Source of the DNA: a bacterium
GTDB lineage: Bacteria > Electryoneota > B3-LCP
DNA: 64,000 nt
Reading direction: 5' to 3'
Assembly: GCA_026394195.1 (NCBI GenBank)
Contig: JAPKYS010000023.1
Span: forward strand, 333,339-397,338
In this document: positions 27,950-37,907 of the stretch, in pieces
How positions within the stretch are numbered: position 1 is the stretch's first letter
Layout of the letters: each line of letters begins with the position of its first letter
Position numbers and translations under genes: made by a program
Notes under the pieces: model-generated
Seen by the model: only the letters and a program-made list of their open reading frames with translations
The model's database searches: none
What the model was told of the DNA's origin: nothing

Positions 27950-29359
27950 ATGAACTCCGAACTTCAGGAAAAACTGAAGCGCCTCCCGCAGATGGGTCAT
28001 TTGCTGGAATCTGCTGAATTGCGCAGTTTGGCTGCGGAATACTCTCACGAACTGATAAAACATTGCTGTGAGCAAGTGATCGCTGAGGCGAGGCGGACTA
28101 TCCGTGAGGAGAATATCGCCGCTCCGGACGAAGCTACCATGATCGTCCGCATCAGAAGCTGCCTTGATGATTTTCTCCGACCTCGTATTAAGCGCGTCCT
28201 CAACGCCACCGGGATAATCCTGCACACTGGTCTGGGGCGAGCGCCGCTGAACGATGAAGCCTACCAGATAGCCTTCAAACGAGTCGCCGGCGCCTGTGAT
28301 CTGGAACTTGACCTCCAATCCGGTCAGCGCGGTGACCGCCAGGGCAAACTCGAAGATCTACTCGGTTTCATTACCGGAGCAGAAGCCGCCGCTGTAGTCA
28401 ATAACAATGCCGCAGCGGTCCTGATCACTCTGAATACCCTGGCTAACCGTGCGGAAACTTTAGTGTCCCGGGGTCAATTGATCGAGATCGGGGGGGCTTT
28501 CCGTCTGCCTGAGATCATGCGCAAATCAGGTACCCGCCTGGTCGAAGTTGGCACCACCAACCGAACCTATCTTAAGGATTATACAGAGGCAATCACCCCC
28601 AGGACGAAAGTCATACTGGTGGCGCATTCCAGCAACTACCGCATCAAGGGTTTCGTCCATGAGGAAGAGATTGAAAGCTTAGCCGATCTCTGTCTGAAAA
28701 AAAGTATCTATTTAGTTCATGATCTCGGTGGTGGAGTTGTTGTTGACCTGAAAAGCTGGTCTTTGCCTGAAGAGCCGGTGGTGCAGAAAAGCATTACAGC
28801 GGGCGCTCATGTGGTTACTTTCAGCGGGGATAAAATCTTAGGCGGACCCCAGTCCGGTATCATCGTCGGTGAAAAGGTAGCCATACAAGCCATCAGAAAA
28901 AATCCTCTGATGCGAGCGCTCCGTCCGGATAAGGTAACTTTAGCGCTGTTGGAAGAGACTCTGAAGCTCTACCTTGCGCCGCAACGCCTCATCGAGCGTC
29001 ACCCGGTGCTTGAGCGCCTCAGAGAACCTCAGGAACAGGCACAGGGTAGGGCAGAGGCAATATTGCATGCCCTGCTGGAAAAAGGCATACCTGCCTCCCT
29101 GAAGATAGATATCGTGAAGACCCAGGCACAATTAGGTTCAGGCGCCCTGCCCTTGGAAGAGTTCCCCTCTGCGGCGTTGCGCATAAAATGTCAGGGAAAG
29201 CCAGTCTCAGAAATTGCCCGCATTCTAAGGACAGCTGATCCCCCGGTGATCGGCCGATTGCAGCGGGAAGCTCTATTTCTCGACGTCAAAGCGATTTATG
29301 ATGACGATATATTTTTAATAACACGCTCACTATCCAATCTCTTCTTACGTATCAATTAG
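27950..29359 (+). CDS. selA: L-seryl-tRNA(Sec) selenium transferase (selenocysteine synthase)
   Basis: The PLP-Lys region FSGDKILGGPQSGIIVG matches the SelA FSGDKLLGGPQAG signature. N-terminal helical domain. 469 aa. Confidence 0.85.
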   Translation: MNSELQEKLKRLPQMGHLLESAELRSLAAEYSHELIKHCCEQVIAEARRTIREENIAAPDEATMIVRIRSCLDDFLRPRIKRVLNATGIILHTGLGRAPLNDEAYQIAFKRVAGACDLELDLQSGQRGDRQGKLEDLLGFITGAEAAAVVNNNAAAVLITLNTLANRAETLVSRGQLIEIGGAFRLPEIMRKSGTRLVEVGTTNRTYLKDYTEAITPRTKVILVAHSSNYRIKGFVHEEEIESLADLCLKKSIYLVHDLGGGVVVDLKSWSLPEEPVVQKSITAGAHVVTFSGDKILGGPQSGIIVGEKVAIQAIRKNPLMRALRPDKVTLALLEETLKLYLAPQRLIERHPVLERLREPQEQAQGRAEAILHALLEKGIPASLKIDIVKTQAQLGSGALPLEEFPSAALRIKCQGKPVSEIARILRTADPPVIGRLQREALFLDVKAIYDDDIFLITRSLSNLFLRIN

Positions 29360-29432
29360 CAAATAACAGCATTGTTAAAAAAAATTTTAGGTTTAAATCT
29401 TGACTTACGGAAATTTTGAGTGTATTTTGTAG

Positions 29433-30767
29433 TTGCTGATCTCATTCCGGTTTCTGTCGATGAAGCGCCTTCTTCTACTAATTCTGATTTCGCTGGTTTT
29501 TTCAGCCGGTATACTTGCGGCCGATATTTCCGCCAGTGTCGTGAAGTTGATTGAAGTGGACGGGTCCATCAACCCGGCAAGTCTGCGATTTATTCAAAGA
29601 GCCATCGACCAGGCGAACGCTGAACGCGCTGAAGCTCTAATCATTCAGATGGATACACCCGGCGGCTTGATGGATTCCATGAGGGATATTGTCAAGTCGA
29701 TCTTGGGTAGTGAAATCCCCATCATCGTTTACGTTGCGCCTTCGGGTTCACGAGCTGGTTCTGCCGGGGTTTTCATCACGCTGGCTGCACACATAGCAGC
29801 TATGGCGCCTGGGACCAATATTGGAGCTGCTCACCCGGTTAATCTGGGTATGGGTGGGCAAAAGCAGGATTCATCCGGGGTCATGGAGGGCAAGGTTCTC
29901 AATGATGCAGTGGCATTTATAAGAACCATTGCGGAAAAACGCCATCGCAACGCTGACTGGGCTGAAAGCGCGGTTAGTCAATCAGCATCCATCACCGAAA
30001 CCGAAGCCCTGGAAAAAAATGTAATTGATTTGATCGCCCCATCGGTTGACAGCCTTTTAATTCGACTGGATGGACGGGAGGTTGAATTACCTCTTGGAAA
30101 CAGAACTTTGGCGTTGGTGAATTCCAGGGTTGAAAAGATTGATTTAACCTGGCGTGATAGATTGTTGGGGATTATAAGCGATCCCAATATCGCCTACGTC
30201 TTGATGTTGCTGGGTATTTATGGCATGTTCTTCGAGCTATATAATCCGGGCGCAATCGTTCCGGGAGTCGTCGGAGGCATTTGTTTGATCCTGGCTTTTT
30301 TCGCGTTTCAATCCTTACCCATCAATATCGCCGGTGTGCTGCTGATTGCTCTGGCAATCATTCTCTTCCTGTTGGAGATCAAAGTGACAAGTTACGGAAT
30401 ATTGGCAATAGGTGGAACGATTTCATTACTCCTGGGTTCGGTAATGTTGATCGATACCACGGTCCCGGAACTGAGAATATCCTGGGGCGTAATCCTACCG
30501 GGAGCCATCCTAACTGCGGGATTTTTCTTCTTCGCTATCCTGCTTTCGGCCAAAGCCCAGAAGAGCCAACCAACAACGGGCAAGGAAGGAATGATAGGGG
30601 AGGTCGGTGAGGTCATACAGACGTTGTCGCCACAGGGACGCATCAAGGTGCATGGTGAAATCTGGACAGCCCGCACCCTCACCGGGGAAATTCCGGTTGG
30701 AGCCAAAGCGATCGTTAAAAAAGTAGATAAGATGCTTCTCATCGTCGAGTCTTATACTGAGCAATAG
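29433..30767 (+). CDS. NfeD-like membrane-bound ClpP-class serine protease (stomatin operon partner)
   Basis: Signal or transmembrane start, then a ClpP-like periplasmic domain (GSRAGSAGVFITLAAHIAAMAPGTNIGAAHP), 4-5 transmembrane segments and a C-terminal OB-fold. Confidence 0.85.
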   Translation: MLISFRFLSMKRLLLLILISLVFSAGILAADISASVVKLIEVDGSINPASLRFIQRAIDQANAERAEALIIQMDTPGGLMDSMRDIVKSILGSEIPIIVYVAPSGSRAGSAGVFITLAAHIAAMAPGTNIGAAHPVNLGMGGQKQDSSGVMEGKVLNDAVAFIRTIAEKRHRNADWAESAVSQSASITETEALEKNVIDLIAPSVDSLLIRLDGREVELPLGNRTLALVNSRVEKIDLTWRDRLLGIISDPNIAYVLMLLGIYGMFFELYNPGAIVPGVVGGICLILAFFAFQSLPINIAGVLLIALAIILFLLEIKVTSYGILAIGGTISLLLGSVMLIDTTVPELRISWGVILPGAILTAGFFFFAILLSAKAQKSQPTTGKEGMIGEVGEVIQTLSPQGRIKVHGEIWTARTLTGEIPVGAKAIVKKVDKMLLIVESYTEQ

Positions 30768-30823
30768 GATGATCGGCTATATCGCTGATCACAAACCATA
30801 AACGTCAAACATAGCGTAGGGTA

Positions 30824-31168
30824 TTGGTAATGAAGAAAGAAAAAGTATGCAATCTCTGCGGTCGTAAGCTTCTTGTCACTGAATTCTATACGCAGAAAAC
30901 GTCAGTGGGAACAACCGTATACCGGTCGCGCTGCAAGCAGTGCTACAAGGCGGTGACTCGAGATTACTATTGGGTCAATCGGGACGAACTACTGAAGCGG
31001 CAAAGACAGCAGTACAAGAAGCGCCGTCCGTATCTGAAAAACTACTATCAGACTCACCGCGAGGAGAGGCTGAAGTATCAGCGGGAATGGTATCGCAAAC
31101 GCCGCATCGAGAAAACCGAGGCTTCTGCTCAGACCAAGAAAAGCTCGACTGCCGGTGGCAACCGTTAA
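30824..31168 (+). CDS. Small zinc-ribbon protein with a highly basic Lys/Arg/Tyr-rich tail
   Basis: CNLCGRK...CKQCYK is a 4-Cys ribbon. It is followed by YYWVNRDELLKRQRQQYKKRRPYLKNYYQTHREERLKYQREWYRKRRIEK. Confidence 0.5.
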   Translation: MVMKKEKVCNLCGRKLLVTEFYTQKTSVGTTVYRSRCKQCYKAVTRDYYWVNRDELLKRQRQQYKKRRPYLKNYYQTHREERLKYQREWYRKRRIEKTEASAQTKKSSTAGGNR

Positions 31169-31257
31169 ACGAGCTATTCGAAATATTGAACGACTGGACA
31201 TGGTGCGAAGAACGTAGATGAGCGCCTTATCCAGTTCTAACATCAATCGGTGCAAGT

Positions 31258-31569
31258 ATGAGCCTTGATGAGCTTGAAAAGCGAATAAACGACGTCAGTG
31301 ACCAGATCGAGAAGCGTTTCGATGAGGTTACCAAGCAAATTGAAGAGCGCTTCACTCAATCTAAATCCACCGGTCAGGAACCGCCGCGCCAAGATCTGCG
31401 TCCGAGATCTCGACAGCATACTCCTTTCTGGGGAATAGCGCTTATCGCTTTTGGCATCGTGTTGCTCAATAATCACTTCAGTTGGTTTGAATTGGACGTC
31501 CCTATTCTCCCTGCCGTACTGATCATCCTGGGCGCCTACCTGATTTTTGAGAATCACAACGCTTGCTGA
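31258..31569 (+). CDS. Small membrane protein with an N-terminal coiled coil and two C-terminal transmembrane helices
   Basis: Coiled coil LDELEKRINDVSDQIEKRFDEVTKQIEERF, then transmembrane segments (GIALIAFGIVLL, ILPAVLIILGAYLIF). Confidence 0.45.
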   Translation: MSLDELEKRINDVSDQIEKRFDEVTKQIEERFTQSKSTGQEPPRQDLRPRSRQHTPFWGIALIAFGIVLLNNHFSWFELDVPILPAVLIILGAYLIFENHNAC

Positions 31570-31628
31570 AATAAGCTGATAAGACGGTAGAATTTGTTTC
31601 AATTCGTTTCATCTAATCGGAGGTCAAC

Positions 31629-32372
31629 ATGCCTGGTATAGCCATAGTCATCGGTCTGGTCGTTCTATTGTTGTTGTCAGCCATCAAGGTACTCAACGAA
31701 TACGAACGTGCGGTCATTTTTCGTTTGGGCAGGCTGATTGGAGCAAAAGGACCGGGAATCATCTTCCTGATTCCGATAGTCGACCGTATGCGGAGAATTT
31801 CCCTTCGCACCGTAGTTACTGACATCCCCCCACAGGACGTCATCACCAAGGACAACGTATCCATAAAAGTGAATGCAGTCCTCAATTTTCGAGTCATCGA
31901 TCCGAATCGCGCAGTGGTTGAAGTTGAAAATTTTCTGTATGCCACAGGACAGCTTGCGCAAACAACACTGAGAAGCGTGCTAGGGCAATTTGAATTGGAC
32001 GATTTGCTGGCAGAACGTGAAAAGATCAATCACAAATTGCAGGAGATCGTTGACGCTCACGCCGATCCTTGGGGTGTAAAGGTGTCTCTGGTTGAAGTCA
32101 AGCACGTGGATCTGCCGGTTGAGATGCAGAGAGCCATGGCCAAGCAAGCAGAAGCGGAACGAGAGCGCCGGGCGAAAATTATCGCTGCCGAGGGTGAATA
32201 TCAGGCTTCCACTAAATTAGCTGCAGCCGCCGCCATAATCGCTGAACATCCCATCGCCCTTCAATTGCGATATCTGCAAACCCTGGCAGAGATAGCGTCC
32301 GAAAATAACTCAACCACGATTTTCCCTGTCCCGATTGACTTGATTAAAATGTTCATGGACAAGAAAGGGTGA
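31629..32372 (+). CDS. SPFH/band-7 (stomatin-like) protein
   Basis: N-terminal transmembrane segment, then an SPFH core with a C-terminal Ala/Glu-rich coiled coil. GGAGG ribosome-binding site. Confidence 0.9.
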   Translation: MPGIAIVIGLVVLLLLSAIKVLNEYERAVIFRLGRLIGAKGPGIIFLIPIVDRMRRISLRTVVTDIPPQDVITKDNVSIKVNAVLNFRVIDPNRAVVEVENFLYATGQLAQTTLRSVLGQFELDDLLAEREKINHKLQEIVDAHADPWGVKVSLVEVKHVDLPVEMQRAMAKQAEAERERRAKIIAAEGEYQASTKLAAAAAIIAEHPIALQLRYLQTLAEIASENNSTTIFPVPIDLIKMFMDKKG

Positions 32373-32385
32373 AATCTGGCCAGCG

Positions 32386-33141
32386 ATGAACCCCGACAAC
32401 CGGGCTGATCTATCAAGCGAGAAGCTCGCCAAATTCCTTGCGAAGTGCGGAGTCGCATCGCGGAGGATGTGCGAGACCTACATTCGTGCCGGTTGGGTGG
32501 AAGTAAATGGTCAGACTGTCGTCTCGCCGGAAACTCGTATCATCGCCACTGAATCTCAAGTAAGACTCCAGGGGAAAATCATTTCTCCCCCGGAGTCTTT
32601 TCGTTATATCCTGTTCAACAAGCCCACTGGAGTTCTCTGCACCTGCAAACCGGGGCGCGAAAAAGGACAGACCATCTTGGATCTGGTAAAAGTCAGGGAG
32701 CGAATCTATCCGGTAGGCAGATTGGATCGAGATTCTTCCGGACTGCTGCTGTTGACCAATGATGGTGAGTTTGCCAACTTGTTAACGCATCCAAGATACC
32801 AGAAAGAAAAGGAATACATCGTCGAGACCAGGCGCGCCATTATGATTGAGGAGCTGGAGCAAATGACCGCAGGAATCCAGCTTGATGATGGAATGTCGAA
32901 GTTTCAGGAGGCAGTTTTATTGACTCCATCCAGACTGAAATTAGTCCTGACTGAGGGACGAAATCGCCAGATTCGACGAACTCTTGCGGAATTGAAATTA
33001 CCTATATTGTCCCTCCATCGTGTGCGTGTAGGACAATTATATCTCGGGGATCTACCACTTAGTAAGTGGCGCGATCTCACCACGAATGAGATTGAAATAT
33101 TAAAATCTGGCGTAACCAAACAGTCGAATCGGCAGTCTTGA
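32386..33141 (+). CDS. Pseudouridine synthase, RsuA/RluB family (S4 + catalytic domain)
   Basis: N-terminal S4 domain (RL...FLAKCGVASRR). The catalytic Asp motif is RLDRDSSGLLLLTNDG. Confidence 0.85.
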   Translation: MNPDNRADLSSEKLAKFLAKCGVASRRMCETYIRAGWVEVNGQTVVSPETRIIATESQVRLQGKIISPPESFRYILFNKPTGVLCTCKPGREKGQTILDLVKVRERIYPVGRLDRDSSGLLLLTNDGEFANLLTHPRYQKEKEYIVETRRAIMIEELEQMTAGIQLDDGMSKFQEAVLLTPSRLKLVLTEGRNRQIRRTLAELKLPILSLHRVRVGQLYLGDLPLSKWRDLTTNEIEILKSGVTKQSNRQS

Positions 33142-33584
33142 TTATAAGAATTGAATATGGGGTAGGGGGGAGTCTTAATGGAGTACGTCTTTGCCCAGCC
33201 CGGGAGATTTGAGTTCTATGGCGGTGGAACTGTAGGGTTGGGAGGAGTGAACATACACCTTGAGAAAAGCGCAGCGCCGCAGAGTTGGGATGGATTCTGG
33301 GGCAGTTATAAAACCCAGCCTGATACCACTGAGAACATCTCCAGCGACCTGAACCACTCATTTTTCATGGATTCTACCCAGGTTAGGAGTACGCTGCTAC
33401 CTGACTGATTGGTTGGCGATCAGCGGAGCCGTAGAATTGCCTTTAACCAATTTAAGCGCTGATGGCTCGAAGGTCAACAACCAGGACGTTTACGATGCTC
33501 CATCCATGAACTTAATTTCCCCGGTCTTCCAATTCTCCCTGCTTTTTGGAGGGTGACGCAGAGTTATTCGTACGGCGATCAGGA

Positions 33585-33614
33585 AAAATCCGCTTTTTAC
33601 GGCGGATTTTTTAT
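33585..33614 (+). terminator. Hairpin terminator
   Basis: AAAATCCGC-ttttta-GCGGATTTTTT. Confidence 0.55.
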
Positions 33615-33740
33615 TATCTCATGGGCAACTTCACGATTATTGATCTAATTAATTAAAATTAATATTTACTGTAAGTAATTGTAATAAATGAACATATATG
33701 AGATATTTCAGAAATCTTGAGAAAATCTTTTAAAAATAGT

Positions 33741-33767
33741 TAAAGTTCGCCAGCAGAAAGCCGATAT
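33741..33767 (+). promoter_or_regulatory. σ28 (FliA)-type promoter for flagellin
   Basis: TAAAGTTC-N11-GCCGATAT, a near-perfect match to the σ28/σD consensus TAAAGTTT-N11-GCCGATAA. It lies ~40 nt upstream of the flagellin ATG. Confidence 0.7.
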
Positions 33768-33807
33768 AAAAGTTGAAAGGAAAGTTCAATCACCGAAGAG
33801 GTTAAAG

Positions 33808-34644
33808 ATGAGCACAAGAATCAATCACAATGTACTGTCGATGACGGCCCAGCGAAATATTTGGCAGACTCAGAATGATCTGGACCAGGCTGTTAATCGA
33901 CTCTCTTCTGGACTGCGTATCAACAACGCTTGGGATGATCCCGCCGGATTGGCAATTTCAGAACGCTTCAGAGCTCAAATTGCGTCCATGGACGAAGCTG
34001 AGCGGAACGCCAACTACAACATTAATATGATGCAGACCGCAGAAGGCGCTCTCTCAGTTGTAGATGAAAAGCTGATCCGTTTGAGAGCCCTAGCGATTGA
34101 GGCTTCGAACGGCGCTCTGACAGATACGGATCGCGCTGCTCTGGACGTGGAATTCCAGCAATTGGTTTCAGAAGTCAACCGTATCGCCATGGTGACGAAT
34201 TACAACGGTCTGCACCTGTTAGATGGTACGTTTTCTTCGACTGGCGTCAAGTTCCACATCGGAACTTACAATGTGCAAAATCAGGATTATTACTTCGTGA
34301 ACTTCGGATCGATGACTGCTTCGTCACTCGGGTTGATCGGAACGAACGTGACGAACACGATCAGCGCTCAGAACGCGATCGGATCGATAGACGCTGCAAT
34401 CAATGCCAAGGATACCGAGAGGACCCGGTTAGGAGGTTATGTCAACCGCCTGCAAAGCACGATCATGCAGCTTCAGGTCGCCCGGGAAAATGCGACGTCT
34501 TCCGAATCGGCGATCCGTGACGCTGACATCGCAGCCGAGATGTCCGAATTCGTCCGTGCGCAGATCTTGATGCAGTCCGGTATCTCCATGCTGGCACAAG
34601 CCAACATGATTCCGCAGATGGTAGCGAAATTGGTAGGTGGATAA
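33808..34644 (+). CDS. fliC: Flagellin (short, ~278 aa)
   Basis: The conserved N-terminus is RINHNVLSMTAQRN...LSSGLRINNAWDDPAGLAISERF. The C-terminus is ILMQSGISMLAQANMIPQMVAKLV. Confidence 0.9.
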   Translation: MSTRINHNVLSMTAQRNIWQTQNDLDQAVNRLSSGLRINNAWDDPAGLAISERFRAQIASMDEAERNANYNINMMQTAEGALSVVDEKLIRLRALAIEASNGALTDTDRAALDVEFQQLVSEVNRIAMVTNYNGLHLLDGTFSSTGVKFHIGTYNVQNQDYYFVNFGSMTASSLGLIGTNVTNTISAQNAIGSIDAAINAKDTERTRLGGYVNRLQSTIMQLQVARENATSSESAIRDADIAAEMSEFVRAQILMQSGISMLAQANMIPQMVAKLVGG

Positions 34645-34673
34645 TAAAAGAATTTAGCGTGTACAGTCCCTGC

Positions 34674-34708
34674 AAACAACGCCGTCCAATTGGGCGGCGT
34701 TGTTTTAT
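34674..34708. terminator. Bidirectional hairpin terminator between convergent genes
   Basis: AACAACGCCGTCC-aatt-GGGCGGCGTTGTT, flanked by T-runs on one strand and A-runs on the other. Confidence 0.65.
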
Positions 34709-36081
34709 TATCCTAAATCATTATAAGCGCGCAATCGAAATTTTACTCCGACCCGTTCGGCGATGTTTTTTATGGCCTCTGCATCGACTGCCGGATATGA
34801 GACAGCAGTGATTACAACTTCAGGAATCACTCCGACGCAAGCACGGGTAAAATCGATCACACCCTGAAACGAACTTTCGCCAAATTCACTTTGCATGATT
34901 TTTTGATAGCGTTCCGAAGTCGGTTCATTCAAACTGATGGAAATCGAATCAATCAGACCTGAAAGTTCCGGGACAATATTTCTGCGATGGATCAGGTTCC
35001 CATGACCATTGGTGTTGATACGGACTTTCTGAACCCCTTTGGATTTCAGCCAGCGGGCAACCTGCAATAACACGTCCAGCCGTATCGTAGGCTCTCCGAA
35101 ACCGCAGAACACAACTTCCTCGTATTTCAGTGGATCTCCTATCGCCTGGATCACTTGCTCAGAAGTCGGTTCTGCCTCATCATCCATCCCGAGATTGTAC
35201 CCTTTAACCACTGGATTGGTCGCTCGTGGACAAAAACGACAGGTGTTGGTACAGCGGGAGGTCAGGGCAATGTAGAGGGAATTGCGAATGGGATATACAA
35301 TCGACTTGGCTGGTGGTTCGCCAACACCGAACAACCGGTAGCTGTTTGCCGTGGTTATTCTTGCTATATCAGAGAGGCTCAGACCTTTGGTTCTGGCGAT
35401 TTGGTCTGCGATGAGAGGTATGTAAGCCGGCTCATTTCGCTTCCCACGATGGGGTTGAGGCGTCAGAAAGGGACAATCGGTCTCCAACAGGATTCTCTCG
35501 ATTGGCGCCGCGGCGACGACTGACGTCAACGCGCTGTTTTTATAGGTGACGTTCCCCGTAAAGGAGACGAAAAAACCAAGGTTCAATACTTGCTTCAGTT
35601 CTGTGATCCCGCCGGAAAAACAGTGGAATACGCCGGTCAGCTTGTCTGAGGTAAAATTCCTTAGAATATCGAAAGTATCACTAAATGCTTCGCGGCAGTG
35701 GATGACTACCGGCAAGGTCAATTCACTCGCTATCCCAAGCATCCGCGTGAATATCTCACGCTGCTTTTCCTGCGGAGAACGATTCCGGAAGTAGTCCAGA
35801 CCTATTTCACCGATCGCCACGACCTTCGGGTGATCTGCCTGTCGACGAATTAGCGCTTCCAGGTTATGGTCAGCTTTCTCAGAATCGTGCGGATGCCAAC
35901 CTACTGCGGCGTATACTTCATCATGATCAGCAGCGATCTGAAGAGCATTTTCGTTGGTGACGTCATCGATGCCGATCGTGATGATTTTCTCAACCCCGGC
36001 ATGATGAGCATTCGCGAGCACTGAGCTCAGATGAGGACGTAACTCTGGGAAGTCCAGATGTGCGTGCGTGTCTATGTACAT
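34708..36081 (-). CDS. TatD-family metal-dependent hydrolase fused to a C-terminal TatD-associated radical-SAM domain
   Basis: The N-terminus MYIDTHAHLDF is the TatD signature, with metal-ligand His/Asp/Glu spacing. The C-terminus SRCTNTCRFCPRA is a radical-SAM CxxxCxxC motif of the TatD-linked rSAM family. Confidence 0.8.
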   Translation of the reverse strand: MYIDTHAHLDFPELRPHLSSVLANAHHAGVEKIITIGIDDVTNENALQIAADHDEVYAAVGWHPHDSEKADHNLEALIRRQADHPKVVAIGEIGLDYFRNRSPQEKQREIFTRMLGIASELTLPVVIHCREAFSDTFDILRNFTSDKLTGVFHCFSGGITELKQVLNLGFFVSFTGNVTYKNSALTSVVAAAPIERILLETDCPFLTPQPHRGKRNEPAYIPLIADQIARTKGLSLSDIARITTANSYRLFGVGEPPAKSIVYPIRNSLYIALTSRCTNTCRFCPRATNPVVKGYNLGMDDEAEPTSEQVIQAIGDPLKYEEVVFCGFGEPTIRLDVLLQVARWLKSKGVQKVRINTNGHGNLIHRRNIVPELSGLIDSISISLNEPTSERYQKIMQSEFGESSFQGVIDFTRACVGVIPEVVITAVSYPAVDAEAIKNIAERVGVKFRLRAYNDLG

Positions 36082-36219
36082 TCTAACTTGCTGTTTTAAG
36101 GGTTTTACAAAAGATACGAATAAACTTCGGATTATTCAAGCAGTTTTATAAGCGACAGCTTTCCAGAGAGTGCGTTTAGGTGATCGGTGAGTCAATTTTT
36201 AAGGAGAGTTCAGGTAAGT

Positions 36220-37896
36220 TTATTGGGCGGCTTTTCGCGCTGATAGTCCGGCAGAACAAACGACCAGTGCAAAGATGGGAAGCAGCGGCATGTGATAGCG
36301 ACCCTCGGCGGTCAGTGGAAGATATACCAGAGTAAAGTACAGAATCGTCGCCAAAATGATCCAAGTGCGTTCACTGAGACCCTCCTTTTTAAGAACAATC
36401 CAAATCGAAAGTAGAAAAGACAAGCCCAATGCATAATAATATCCCTCAGTTACCAGGATCATCGCCATAATTACGGCAGGTGCGAATTGGGCGTAGCTCT
36501 CACCTAAACTGTAGGTCACCGCCTTGCTGTCTTTGTAATATAAGTGAACCAATTTCTTCAGTGCAAGAATGACCGAGTGACCTGGGTGAGATATAATATA
36601 ATTCGTTCCCAGCTTCATAAGAAAGCGGTCTTTTTGCGCTTCATCGAGGGAATTATAATAAGATAATTGGTCCCGGGGGATGAACACGTCGGGTGCCATC
36701 ACACCACCCGAAGCGTGAGGGTTATTCCCCATCGCCAGGTTATAGCCGCCATAATTCGCAGAGAGAACGAAGGTATGAAATATTTGGTAATTTCTTATTT
36801 GCCAGGGCAACATAATCATTTCACCTACGACGAAGATGAAAACGAGTTGCGCAAGAGAGCGTTTAAATTGTCCACTTTTCAAAAAGCGGTATACTATGAG
36901 TACCACTGGGAATAATAACGCCGTGGGGCGCAGCATATTGGTAAAACCGAAAAAGACGCCCAACAGCAGAGTATTTGGGAAAGTCTGCTTACGTGTCGCT
37001 ATGAAGATCAAGAATAGGATTAAAAAGGAAAATGGTATATCCGCCAATGGAAGGAGAGTATAGAATATCTGCGATGGAATCAACGCTGTCAGCAGCGTAG
37101 CATTTCTTGCGGTTTTTTCATCGAAAAACTCCAGCCCCAATCGATAAACCAGGTAACTGATTCCACAAAAGAAGCAGATGTTGAGCAATTGAGCGATGAA
37201 AACGTGAATCCCGAAGATTCGGTAGACAAGAGAGAGGAAGAAGGGGTAACCTACCGGCCAAAACGCGGTCGGTTGGCTATAGGGTGTCACGACGCCGAGT
37301 CCATTGGTTATATTTTCAGCTTGACGAAGATACCACACTGAATCGCCGCCGGGAGTGTATTCCACTGAGCTGATGTAAATCAAACTTAAGATGAACTGAG
37401 TGCCGATAACAATAAGTAGAAATTTACCGGTTGGCCATTGGTGTAGCTTTATAACTCCCCGGACAATGAGATGAAATAACCAAGCCAGCACCAAGAGGGT
37501 GATCCCAGCAATCAGTAATCCAGTTTTTAAGGAACTAAAAGCATAAACAGCCAGAGGGTCGAAAGCGCCATCGGAAGTTAGCACGCCCTGAAGGGACTCT
37601 GGATTGAAGTTTATGAACAATAACGCCAGGGAAGCGAGTAAAAATCCGCCTCCAAACAGCATAAGGATGGCAGCAAACCGTTTCATGAGTTTAATTGCGT
37701 GAGGTAATCCTGGAATTGAAATCAAGGCAACCTTCAGTCGGTAAAACTGATTTGCTCCTTGACTGTAGAAAATATAAATAACACTTCCATTAAAAGCAAA
37801 TGATTTTCCAGAAATTTGAGCAGCAGATAGCTGAGAATAAAGTTGACTTTGCTGCGAAAATTTGCTAATTTTAATACAAGATTGAAGCACAACCAT
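36220..37896 (-). CDS. ArnT/PMT-like (GT39/GT83) polytopic membrane glycosyltransferase
   Basis: About 12 transmembrane segments. The N-terminal transmembrane-loop pattern is typical of undecaprenyl/dolichyl-phosphate-sugar transferases. Confidence 0.65.
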   Translation of the reverse strand: MVVLQSCIKISKFSQQSQLYSQLSAAQISGKSFAFNGSVIYIFYSQGANQFYRLKVALISIPGLPHAIKLMKRFAAILMLFGGGFLLASLALLFINFNPESLQGVLTSDGAFDPLAVYAFSSLKTGLLIAGITLLVLAWLFHLIVRGVIKLHQWPTGKFLLIVIGTQFILSLIYISSVEYTPGGDSVWYLRQAENITNGLGVVTPYSQPTAFWPVGYPFFLSLVYRIFGIHVFIAQLLNICFFCGISYLVYRLGLEFFDEKTARNATLLTALIPSQIFYTLLPLADIPFSFLILFLIFIATRKQTFPNTLLLGVFFGFTNMLRPTALLFPVVLIVYRFLKSGQFKRSLAQLVFIFVVGEMIMLPWQIRNYQIFHTFVLSANYGGYNLAMGNNPHASGGVMAPDVFIPRDQLSYYNSLDEAQKDRFLMKLGTNYIISHPGHSVILALKKLVHLYYKDSKAVTYSLGESYAQFAPAVIMAMILVTEGYYYALGLSFLLSIWIVLKKEGLSERTWIILATILYFTLVYLPLTAEGRYHMPLLPIFALVVCSAGLSARKAAQ

Positions 37897-37907
37897 AAGG
37901 AGTTGCT

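Noticed and set aside
33178-33408. A 76-aa ORF in the rluB-flagellin intergenic region.
   Set aside because: Gly-rich with low complexity and no ribosome-binding site. It lies upstream of a terminator hairpin in what is otherwise an AT-rich regulatory region, so it is likely spurious.
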